Below are positions 49,655-56,963 of a stretch of DNA of 64,000 nucleotides, one piece after another (the first letter of the stretch is position 1; each line of letters starts with the position of its first letter). Source of the DNA: a phage. The position numbers were made by a program, and so were the translations under genes. The stretch lies in sequence record NC_135729.1; one strand, written 5' to 3'. The notes beneath the pieces were generated by a model. It worked only from the letters and a program-made list of their open reading frames with translations, ran no database searches and was not told the origin of the DNA.

Positions 49655-49993
49655 TTAGCTATTGCTAACAGGCTGTATTTCTGTAGTAAATGGCATAAAA
49701 GGTGCTGGTTTTTCAGCCTCTTCCACTACCACCTCTTCCTCTTCACCAAACATCTCATCATATTCTTCCTGCATTCGGTCTGCCTTATCAAGAACATACT
49801 CTGCAATGCTTTGACGAATATTTTGTTTGGTTTTCGGGTCCAACATCAGCTCTCTTAAAACTTTGTGAGCTTCTGGAACCATCGCTATAAAAGATTCCTT
49901 CATATCAAGGATGTTCTTCTCTAGCTGAATGGCGTTGGACTCCTCTTTCAGAGGTCTGCCTCTACGGCGACGCTTTTTAGTTGTATCCGCCAT
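49655..49993 (-). CDS. small basic/acidic protein, possibly DNA-binding (112 aa)
   Basis: Start moved to the ATG at 49993 (GGAGGAAAC upstream); N-terminal basic patch KKRRRRGRP, acidic C-terminus. Confidence 0.45.
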   Translation of the reverse strand: MADTTKKRRRRGRPLKEESNAIQLEKNILDMKESFIAMVPEAHKVLRELMLDPKTKQNIRQSIAEYVLDKADRMQEEYDEMFGEEEEVVVEEAEKPAPFMPFTTEIQPVSNS

Positions 49994-50005
49994 GTTTCCT
50001 CCATT

Positions 50006-50050
50006 ATCACGTGATAGGTGGATTTTATCACAGCAAATACTGATTGTCAA
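50006..50050 (-). promoter_or_regulatory. near-consensus sigma70-type promoter with a palindromic operator at the start site
   Basis: Minus-strand -35 TTGACA (plus 50045..50050), 17-bp spacer, extended -10 TGaTAAAAT (plus 50022..50027), then 10-bp palindrome ATCACGTGAT (50006..50015) and a GGAGG ribosome-binding site. Confidence 0.55.
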
Positions 50051-50327
50051 GTTCGCCGCAGGGTGGTGTTCCCTGCGACTTGTCCAGCGTCCTGGACCAG
50101 CAAGTTTTCCAGCTATACCCATTACCGCGCTCAGGCTCGACCTTATTACAGGTTGGCTGGGGTCACATCGTCATGTGCTGGCTGCCCCTACCATTTTAAG
50201 TGTGGTGCACTATCAAGCCCTCTAAGGGGAACTCAGTCTTCTCCGAACCCTGTTTCAAAGCATCCGGAGATAAAGCCATCAAATTCATCTTTAAATTGGA
50301 TATTCATCATGATACACGAAAACAACC

Positions 50328-50570
50328 TCATTGTAAAGCGCAAATAAATAAAACATACTTAATTTGTTTGTTATCAGGCTCAGGGTAGAAGTAGAAGATC
50401 TTGCTATCACCGATCTGAACACCACCATCCCAACAGCATAGCCCATAACCTGTATTCATACAAGCTAGGTCGTTGGCAAAATCTATTGCATCATCCAGTG
50501 CACGAAATTCACCTTCATCTTCTAAATAATCCTCATTCATGGAACGAAAAACGAGCTTAACCTTAAACAT
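50328..50570 (-). CDS. hypothetical protein (80 aa)
   Basis: ORF with acidic N-terminal half; no motif. Confidence 0.35.
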   Translation of the reverse strand: MFKVKLVFRSMNEDYLEDEGEFRALDDAIDFANDLACMNTGYGLCCWDGGVQIGDSKIFYFYPEPDNKQIKYVLFICALQ

Positions 50571-50646
50571 AGCATTACCTGTAGACCTCGTAAGTTAAAA
50601 TTGCATCACATCATATTGCAGATCTTATCAGGTAACACTATTTTTG

Positions 50647-50856
50647 TCAACAGATTCCGGCCTTATCCTTCCTGTCTGCGTATTCTTTAATCGCAACCTC
50701 ATCTGCATTAGTGACCAGGTATTCAAAGTAACTCTCAAGCTCCTCGTCAATGTCAGGAGACCAGCTCTTTTTCCTGTCAGTGTGAATTGCAGACTTGTTG
50801 AACTTATTACAGTTCTTTGCTACCGGGTTGTTCATTAAGCGCTCCTCAGCGTTCAT
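50647..50856 (-). CDS. hypothetical protein (69 aa)
   Basis: ORF overlapping the upstream gene by 11 nt; no motif. Confidence 0.35.
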   Translation of the reverse strand: MNAEERLMNNPVAKNCNKFNKSAIHTDRKKSWSPDIDEELESYFEYLVTNADEVAIKEYADRKDKAGIC

Positions 50857-51424
50857 AGTAAATTTTATTTAACATTACCTCATCCTTTGCAGAAAGGATA
50901 TCTAGATATGCATCACCGAATCTACCTGCAACAACCTCTGCATGATACATCACTTCGTTAATATCGTCAAGAGTGATAACTGGATGACCGTATCTCTCTG
51001 AGTATTGTCTCAGAGTGCGATGTAGGGAGTCATCATCATAGGCAGACTTTTTAATATCGCAAACACGACGAATAGCCTTGATGTCGAAAAACCCTGTACG
51101 ATACCAACCAAGAAAAAGGTTTCGTGCAGTGTCAACATCTACATCAATACCATTAAGAACCTTATCTACAAGATAGCTGTCATCCTTTGGACCAGCTTCC
51201 TTAGTGCGAATGTAGTTGCCATCTTTTCCAGGTGACATCTCCTTCTCATCACCAACCTGCATGCCATCATTTGGCGGTGTTAGCCACTTATCCGGATGCT
51301 TACGATCACGAGCGTTAGAATGATTACGCTGGAAACCAGGCTTCCACTTGAAAGTTTTCTCCATCTGTTCTTCATTCTGATAACGTTTTGCAATCTTTTC
51401 ACGGTCATCTTTGCGTGAACCCAT
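50846..51424 (-). CDS. hypothetical protein (192 aa)
   Basis: Charged protein; first gene downstream (leftward) of the non-coding hub; no motif. Confidence 0.4.
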   Translation of the reverse strand: MGSRKDDREKIAKRYQNEEQMEKTFKWKPGFQRNHSNARDRKHPDKWLTPPNDGMQVGDEKEMSPGKDGNYIRTKEAGPKDDSYLVDKVLNGIDVDVDTARNLFLGWYRTGFFDIKAIRRVCDIKKSAYDDDSLHRTLRQYSERYGHPVITLDDINEVMYHAEVVAGRFGDAYLDILSAKDEVMLNKIYYER

Positions 51425-51818
51425 AGCTGCCTCCTCTTCAAGTTATAGAAAAACTCACTGTATCACTTTGTAACGAGCTTTTCTATCAAACTGGTGCGAT
51501 TGCATTACCTGGTATAGTTCATATAGCTGTGGAGCGATTTAGGGGCCTTCTTGTCAGTTTCCACACATAAACTTCATCCAAGCTCGCGCGGGAGACTCTC
51601 AACCGACTCCTTACGGCGCTGGCAAGCTTTCGTCGGTGGTCCACATCAGTGCTCGGCCTTTGGCCTGCGCTATCGCTTCGCTCCCACACATGTTAACAGA
51701 CCTGCATGTATGCACTTCTGTTATTGTGTGCACCAAGGAGGCCCGGCATCTCGCCCCTCGTAGGCGAGTGCCAATGAAGGGCCGACACTACCTATAGTAA
51801 GTAATAATTTTAAAACAT

Positions 51819-51885
51819 GGTACTTAGGATCTAGTATATTCTACATAAGTTAAGTATATGTACTTAGTACCATAAGTACTAGATC
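51819..51885. repeat. nested inverted and direct repeats in an AT-rich segment
   Basis: GGTACTTAG-GATCTAGTA ... GTACTTAGTACC ... TACTAGATC, followed by AT-rich direct repeats (TATTTAGT / TATTTTAGT). Confidence 0.45.
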
Positions 51886-51928
51886 TTTTATTTTTTATTA
51901 TTTAGTTATTTTAGTTATATTCTTTATG

Positions 51929-52009
51929 TGTCCGTATCACGGACAGTTAGTGTCCGTATTACGGGCAGATGTGTCCGCGTGACGGACAGTAGTGTCCGTA
52001 TCACGGGCA
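51929..52009. repeat. array of four 17-bp palindromes, TGTCCGTAT(C/T)ACGGACA-type, at 21-22-bp spacing (operator- or iteron-like)
   Basis: Copies at 51929, 51951, 51972 and 51993: TGTCCGTATCACGGACA, TGTCCGTATTACGGGCA, TGTCCGCGTGACGGACA, TGTCCGTATCACGGGCA. Confidence 0.6.
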
Positions 52010-52084
52010 GTTACTGACCTCTGTTCCAGAGCGAACATAAAACATACGAATCCTTATAGTACAGATATTTAAGTTTTTACTGGT

Positions 52085-52435
52085 CTAACCAGTTGTTGAC
52101 ATTCGAATAACCTCTTCTGGTGGCAAAACTTTGGAAAATGTACATCTTTTACCTCTCCCTTGTGTGGATATTTCAACCACTCCTGCACATTCTAAAGTTT
52201 TAACGCACGCTGCTGCTTTTGTTTTCTTTATCCCAACATCTGCTGCAATTTTCCTTGTGCTTGGTGTGAAGCGTGAATTTCCTCCAAGCTTATACCAGTT
52301 GTGCAGGTAGCAGTATACGATCTTGTCATATAAGTCAAGAACAACAGCCTCCCCAGTTGTGTCATTCAAAACTTTTGACATAGACAGTATTTCAAGGGGG
52401 ACTTTAAGATATAGCAGCTTATCCCCATCTTTCAT
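52085..52435 (-). CDS. helix-turn-helix DNA-binding regulator (116 aa)
   Basis: Probable HTH segment STRKIAADVGIKKTKAAACVKTLECAGVV; gene ends about 75 bp from the palindrome array. Confidence 0.45.
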   Translation of the reverse strand: MKDGDKLLYLKVPLEILSMSKVLNDTTGEAVVLDLYDKIVYCYLHNWYKLGGNSRFTPSTRKIAADVGIKKTKAAACVKTLECAGVVEISTQGRGKRCTFSKVLPPEEVIRMSTTG

Positions 52436-52482
52436 ATCTCCTGATTCTCCTTGTGTGGCAATTTTCTTTAAAATAGCAGGGA

Positions 52483-53037
52483 TTACTCCCCGCTGTCAAT
52501 AGCAAGACTCATTGCAATACGGTATGCCTCTTCTAATGGTAAGAGTCTCCCCCACACATCCCAACCGACATCAAACTGCCTGCCAAACAACTGCTGTGTG
52601 GTTCCGTGAGCATGACCGAACAGTTGGACTGATCCGTGAGGCTTTCTGTTCCACTTTGCAAACTGGTAATGGCTCATACAGATCAAATTCTTGTTGTGGC
52701 GAAGCTCGTAATAATCTACAACCTCATGACCGAACTCTTTCATAATTCTGACAGTCGTCCTTGTGTCATGGTTACCACGAACAAGAATAATATGTCCGTT
52801 CAACATATTTAGAACATCTGGGAGCAATTTGTTGATATTCTTATCATTAGTGCACGCAATATCTCCCAAGTGAAACACAGTGTCTGCAGGTGACACAACA
52901 GAGTTCCACTCGGCGATGATTCCCGCATTCATACTGTCAAGATTGTGATCATACTGAGATCTGTGTTTTTGACATGAATCAAACTCCATGACCCGCTGGT
53001 GGAGAAAGTGTGTGTCGCTTGTTACAAAGTATTTCAT
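52483..53037 (-). CDS. calcineurin-like metallophosphoesterase (candidate polynucleotide 2',3'/3'-phosphatase)
   Basis: Start moved to the ATG at 53037 (MKYFVTSDTHF...; GAGGA upstream); motifs SDTHF, GDIACTND, GNHD, GHAHG match the metallophosphoesterase signature. Confidence 0.6.
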   Translation of the reverse strand: MKYFVTSDTHFLHQRVMEFDSCQKHRSQYDHNLDSMNAGIIAEWNSVVSPADTVFHLGDIACTNDKNINKLLPDVLNMLNGHIILVRGNHDTRTTVRIMKEFGHEVVDYYELRHNKNLICMSHYQFAKWNRKPHGSVQLFGHAHGTTQQLFGRQFDVGWDVWGRLLPLEEAYRIAMSLAIDSGE

Positions 53038-53044
53038 ACATTCC

Positions 53045-53455
53045 TCATTTAAGTTTAATGCAGTTTTTAAGCTGGCGTTCCATACGATCCACAACCTTGT
53101 CTGGAACATCATGAATGCTTTTATTACCGTGGCGGTTTTCAACCACGATCACGGTATAACTATACCCGTGACTGATTGCCATGTCAACATATTCCTGCAC
53201 ATGTTTTTCTTTTGTAAACGTATTACTTACCACGATACGGTCGTATCCCGTACGCATCATATCTTCTACGTTATCTTTGCACCATTTTGCTGCGAGTGTT
53301 ACTTTACTTGCATCCCAGTTGTAATTGCCGTCATCGTCATACCAGAACATGTCGTTCTCAAAATGTGGATACAGACCTTCTAAAGATAGCGCATTTGCCA
53401 GTGTTGATTTGCCAGACCCTGGCAGACCACGCACGATATATAGCATTTTAGACAT
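53045..53455 (-). CDS. P-loop polynucleotide-kinase-like protein (T4 Pnk kinase-domain-like)
   Basis: Start moved to the ATG at 53455 (GGAGG 7 nt upstream); Walker A GLPGSGKST and downstream VVSNT resemble the T4 Pnk kinase domain. Confidence 0.55.
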   Translation of the reverse strand: MSKMLYIVRGLPGSGKSTLANALSLEGLYPHFENDMFWYDDDGNYNWDASKVTLAAKWCKDNVEDMMRTGYDRIVVSNTFTKEKHVQEYVDMAISHGYSYTVIVVENRHGNKSIHDVPDKVVDRMERQLKNCIKLK

Positions 53456-53483
53456 AGCAACCCTCCGTTTTAATTTTAATGAT

Positions 53484-53512
53484 AGTATACCTAACTGTTT
53501 TGTTAATTTCAA
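53484..53512 (-). promoter_or_regulatory. sigma70-type promoter for the leftward kinase / phosphatase / regulator operon
   Basis: Minus-strand -35 TTGAAA (plus 53507..53512), 17-bp spacer, -10 TATACT (plus 53484..53489), then GGAGG and the ATG at 53455. Confidence 0.45.
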
Positions 53513-53515
53513 GTG

Positions 53516-53545
53516 TTGACACTAGGTTATTTGTGTGGCATGATA
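53516..53545 (+). promoter_or_regulatory. sigma70-type promoter for the rightward RNA ligase / Sir2 operon (divergent from the previous one)
   Basis: Consensus -35 TTGACA at 53516..53521 with a weaker -10 (CATGAT/ATGATA) 17-18 bp downstream; -35 elements of the two promoters lie back to back. Confidence 0.4.
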
Positions 53546-53573
53546 GACTGACAAAATGACAAATGAGGAACGT

Positions 53574-54491
53574 ATGATGAAGTATTTTAATGCAGATGAC
53601 CTAGTAGACAAAGGTCTTGTAACCAGTCGGTATTATCCAGATCTTGGATTAAAGATCTATAAATATGCCAGAAAAGTATTCTACAACAATCTGTGGCATT
53701 TGTCTCCGCGTTTACTGGAGTGCCGAGGTATTGTTGTTGGCAATGAGGGGAATGTTGTGGCATGGCCTTTCACAAAAGTATTCAACTTAGGAGAAAACTC
53801 CACCAACCTACCGGACAGTAAACTTGTTACTGCGGTAGAGAAAAAGAACGGATTCCTCGGTGTGGTATCATCTCATAAAGGTGAACTATTGTTCTCAACA
53901 ACCGGGTCTCTTGATTCTCCATATTGTAACCTTGCAAAGGAAACCATCCAAGAGCAATGTGGTAATTTAGATCTTATCAAGAAGGTTATGGGCAATGAAA
54001 ACATGACATTCATGTTTGAAATTTGTCACCCTTCAGATCCGCATATTGTTCAGGAAGATCATGGCGCATATTTGATAGGTTGCAGATATAATGATTCTGG
54101 AATAATGCTACCAGAAGCAGCTTTAGATGGGATTGCCAAATACCTTGGTGCAAAACGTCCTCACACTGTGCGTGAAATTCCGTTCAGCTATGCAAAAGAA
54201 TTAGCTGCAGAAACAAGAGGTGAAGGGTATATGATTCGTAAGCCTTACTACCCTTATGATCTGCAGCTGAAGATCAAGTCTCCATACTATCTGGCACGGA
54301 AGGCCGTAATGAGGGGTAAAGCTTGGAAGATTTGGGATGATGATATCTTTAAACGTGTTGACGAAGAGTTTTACGGCATGGTAAACTTCATTCGTAGCAA
54401 TTACACAGAGGATGTGTGGAACTGCCTCCTGGAGCAGGAACGCCGTGAGATACTTGATTACTATTTCCACAACGAGAACTATATGCAATGA
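53574..54491 (+). CDS. RNA ligase, Rnl2-like nucleotidyltransferase
   Basis: Motif I-like EKKNGF (T4 Rnl2 EKIHGTN), motif IV EGYMIRKP (T4 Rnl2 EGYVLKP), motif V LKIK; start placed at the ATG preceded by GAGGAA (track ORF starts at 53556). Confidence 0.6.
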   Translation: MMKYFNADDLVDKGLVTSRYYPDLGLKIYKYARKVFYNNLWHLSPRLLECRGIVVGNEGNVVAWPFTKVFNLGENSTNLPDSKLVTAVEKKNGFLGVVSSHKGELLFSTTGSLDSPYCNLAKETIQEQCGNLDLIKKVMGNENMTFMFEICHPSDPHIVQEDHGAYLIGCRYNDSGIMLPEAALDGIAKYLGAKRPHTVREIPFSYAKELAAETRGEGYMIRKPYYPYDLQLKIKSPYYLARKAVMRGKAWKIWDDDIFKRVDEEFYGMVNFIRSNYTEDVWNCLLEQERREILDYYFHNENYMQ

Positions 54492-54838
54492 AGAAGTTGA
54501 TTGTGTGGCTAGATGACTTAAGAGATCCGTCAAATTACGGGCTCCCAGACGCTGTTTGGCTGAAGAATTCCTCCGAGTTTATGGATTTTATTAACGATAA
54601 GGGAAAGCTCTACAGACGCGTTTCTGAGTGGCATATGGACAACGACCTAGGAGAAGTATTCGAAGGATACGATTGCCTATCCATGTTGGAGGAAAAATTT
54701 GTATTCGGTAAGCCTCCCGTGGTTGACAACGTGAAGATTTTCGTACATACTTCTAATCCATCAGCGGCTCGTAAATTCATGCTTGCAGCTGACTCGTTTA
54801 AAAAGTTTGGAATAGAGATTAAACAAAACATCTACTGA
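54488..54838 (+). CDS. hypothetical protein (116 aa), coupled to the ligase gene
   Basis: ATGA start/stop overlap with the upstream gene; conserved-looking acidic motifs (WLDDLRDP, SEWHMDNDLG) but no recognisable family. Confidence 0.45.
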   Translation: MKKLIVWLDDLRDPSNYGLPDAVWLKNSSEFMDFINDKGKLYRRVSEWHMDNDLGEVFEGYDCLSMLEEKFVFGKPPVVDNVKIFVHTSNPSAARKFMLAADSFKKFGIEIKQNIY

Positions 54839-54846
54839 GGGCACTT

Positions 54847-55608
54847 ATGCGACGACTGATTATTATCTCCGGTGCTGGTTTGAGCGCTGAATCTGGTATT
54901 CCCACTTTCCGATCTGGTAGTACTGCAATGTGGGAGAATTTCAGCATAGATGAGGTGTGCAACATCCACACCTTCGCCAAGAACTACTATAAGGTGCATG
55001 ACTTTTACAATGCACGTCGTGTAGCTCTGGGCAGTGTTGATCCTAACCTTGCACATCTCCGGATCGCTGAGTGGTATTCCCGCTGGTCTGGTCGTGTGAT
55101 CAACCTGACCACCAATGTAGATGATTTGCTGGAGCGTGCTGGTGTAAAACATGAAGATATTTTACATGTCCACGGGTATTTGCCTGAAATCACCTATGAA
55201 GATACTGAAGGTAATGATGTAATTAAAAATATAGGGTACACGGAGGTAGATACAGGCAAGTATACCTGGGTTAAGCCCAATGTAGTGTTCTTCGGTGAGG
55301 TTGCTCCTAAGTATACAGACATGTATGACCTGTTGACATCTCTTACCAGCAATGATATGGTGATCCTGGTAGGTTGTTCTAACACAGTTATTAATTTTAA
55401 CTGGGAATTGTTTCCTGCTACTTGTAAAGGCACAAAACTGCTGATTGTAAACAAGTATGATTCGCAGAGTGCAGATGGAAGTGGCATTTCACGTAGCGAC
55501 CTTTATCAATATGAGGATCGCGGGATCCCTGTATGGTTTAACGGTGCTGTTGACGCTTTCTCTGATAAAGCATTTATTGAAACTGTAGAAAACTTTATGG
55601 AACTGTAA
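54847..55608 (+). CDS. Sir2-family (sirtuin-like) NAD-dependent protein lacking the zinc-ribbon module
   Basis: Sirtuin signature SGAGLSAESGIPTFR, NAD-pocket TTNVDDLLERAG, catalytic HG in LHVHG, VVFFGE and LVGCSNTV motifs; no CxxC...CxxC after the HG. Confidence 0.8.
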   Translation: MRRLIIISGAGLSAESGIPTFRSGSTAMWENFSIDEVCNIHTFAKNYYKVHDFYNARRVALGSVDPNLAHLRIAEWYSRWSGRVINLTTNVDDLLERAGVKHEDILHVHGYLPEITYEDTEGNDVIKNIGYTEVDTGKYTWVKPNVVFFGEVAPKYTDMYDLLTSLTSNDMVILVGCSNTVINFNWELFPATCKGTKLLIVNKYDSQSADGSGISRSDLYQYEDRGIPVWFNGAVDAFSDKAFIETVENFMEL

Positions 55609-55622
55609 GAGGTGACCTTTTA

Positions 55623-56336
55623 ATGCTAAATACTAAACTGATCGACAACCTGGAAAAACTGTCTCAGCCAGAAAACTACCTTTGGTCTGCCAGTTGGGTG
55701 GAAAATTGGAACCGTGTAGCAGCTAAAGTGAAAAAATCATACACACCATTCGAACTCCAGCTCAGTTTTATTGAAGAAGAGTTTAATGAGGTTCTTGAAG
55801 AGTTGGAGAAAGGTGATGGTGGAGATCACCTGCTAAAAGAGGCCTGTGATCTGCACGTTGTTACAAGTTATGCCGCTTATCTTGTCAACGATAACTACGA
55901 AAAGTGGACAAGTCTGTTTGATAATTCGCGAGATATTAAGTTTAAGATTGGGGAGTTCTATGATACACTGATCGCTGCTAAAAACACACCAAAGCAAAAA
56001 GCGTCTGCTTACCGACTAGCGGAGTTATCAACAGCTTTGCTGTTCCAGCTTAGCGGGGATGTGTGTGGGATGATGCGGAAGGTTCTCAAATCTAATGACA
56101 GTAAGTTTGCGCGGATCAACCATCTACGGCATTCACACGGTGCTAGTGCAGATATGCCTGCTGAACAACTCATAGAGTTGGAGATTAAAGATCTTGAGCG
56201 ACGCTTTGATGGTCGCTACGAAGGTTTTGTTGCTAAGGAAGAGTTCTACAACGGTAATAAAGTTATCATATTCCTTGACAGTAAAGGTAAGATCATGAAG
56301 CCTTCGAGCTTCAAGGATGTAACAGAGTATATTTGA
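55623..56336 (+). CDS. MazG-like nucleoside triphosphate pyrophosphohydrolase domain protein (237 aa)
   Basis: N-terminal EEEFNEVLEELEKGDGGDHLLKEACDLHVV resembles the MazG/HisE EExxE...D core; C-terminal half unassigned. Confidence 0.5.
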   Translation: MLNTKLIDNLEKLSQPENYLWSASWVENWNRVAAKVKKSYTPFELQLSFIEEEFNEVLEELEKGDGGDHLLKEACDLHVVTSYAAYLVNDNYEKWTSLFDNSRDIKFKIGEFYDTLIAAKNTPKQKASAYRLAELSTALLFQLSGDVCGMMRKVLKSNDSKFARINHLRHSHGASADMPAEQLIELEIKDLERRFDGRYEGFVAKEEFYNGNKVIIFLDSKGKIMKPSSFKDVTEYI

Positions 56337-56342
56337 CAACAT

Positions 56343-56368
56343 AGCCGGGTAATCCCGGCTTTACTTAT
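56343..56368 (+). terminator. possible intrinsic terminator after the MazG-like gene
   Basis: Hairpin AGCCGGG-taat-CCCGGCT followed by a T-rich stretch. Confidence 0.4.
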
Positions 56369-56398
56369 TATGGAAAGTATGCAGCGAGGTAGTTAGTT

Positions 56399-56707
56399 AT
56401 GTACAAGCATTCCAGAGATCTTGAAAAAGATGCTGTGTTTGGCGACCAGATGAAGGAGCTGATCAAACTTATAGGTAGAATGGAAGATAAGTTTGACACT
56501 AAAATCTACATCGATAGCAAGATCTTCAACCACAAAATATGGACAAATGTGTGTGTTGGGCTACATGGTGATAAAGATATTGTAAATTTGGTTGTAATAA
56601 AGTTCATAGTGTGGCAGAATAAGACTATACGTTATTCCGATCCACACTTACTTGTTTATCCTATAAAAGACCTACTACAGAAGGAGGACTGCAATGCCGT
56701 TATTTAA
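56399..56707 (+). CDS. hypothetical protein (102 aa)
   Basis: ORF with no motif. Confidence 0.35.
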   Translation: MYKHSRDLEKDAVFGDQMKELIKLIGRMEDKFDTKIYIDSKIFNHKIWTNVCVGLHGDKDIVNLVVIKFIVWQNKTIRYSDPHLLVYPIKDLLQKEDCNAVI

Positions 56708-56963
56708 TCTTGCTAAACCTGTAGAAGCCCACCAGTTTGACGGAAGCTCTTCATCAGTATCTGATCTGCAACGGTGGATTGATACAGGTGTGTTTACATC
56801 GTCACCTGTTCGGACCAGAGATCTTCGTCGCATGTGTGAGCTTGTCGAGCCTTTTGGTAACCTTGTCTTGTACCAGGGAGATTGGCTAGTTGACTTTATG
56901 GGAGACTGGTTGGTAATGAGTAAAGAAGAGATGTTTAAAATTTTTAAGGAAGAGGCCGAGTAA
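56694..56963 (+). CDS. hypothetical protein (89 aa)
   Basis: ORF overlapping both neighbours at its ends; no motif. Confidence 0.35.
   Translation: MPLFNLAKPVEAHQFDGSSSSVSDLQRWIDTGVFTSSPVRTRDLRRMCELVEPFGNLVLYQGDWLVDFMGDWLVMSKEEMFKIFKEEAE

Noticed and set aside
49929-50388. Three overlapping plus-strand ORFs (49929..50225, 50018..50347, 50200..50388)
   Set aside because: Mutually overlapping in different frames within a GC-rich hairpin-dense island upstream of a leftward promoter; none has a ribosome-binding site.
51551-51763. 70-aa plus-strand ORF over the GC-rich island
   Set aside because: Arg/Pro/Ser/Cys-rich translation typical of a GC-rich non-coding frame, no ribosome-binding site, sits in a hairpin-dense region. 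Interpreted as non-coding (see findings).
51929-52009. Possible CRISPR array (short repeated units)
   Set aside because: The units are individually palindromic 17-mers separated by only 4-5 bp, with no spacer-sized unique inserts and no cas genes. Operator or iteron array is the better reading.
52988-53383. 131-aa plus-strand ORF overlapping the kinase-like gene
   Set aside because: The minus-strand frame has a clear P-loop (GLPGSGKST) and a GGAGG ribosome-binding site; the plus-strand translation is Phe/Cys/His-rich with no signals.
54847-55608. Sir2 gene as part of a host Thoeris/DSR/SIR2-HerA defence island
   Set aside because: Every flanking gene is phage-like, and no TIR, HerA, Argonaute or other defence partner is adjacent. 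Treated as a phage-encoded Sir2.
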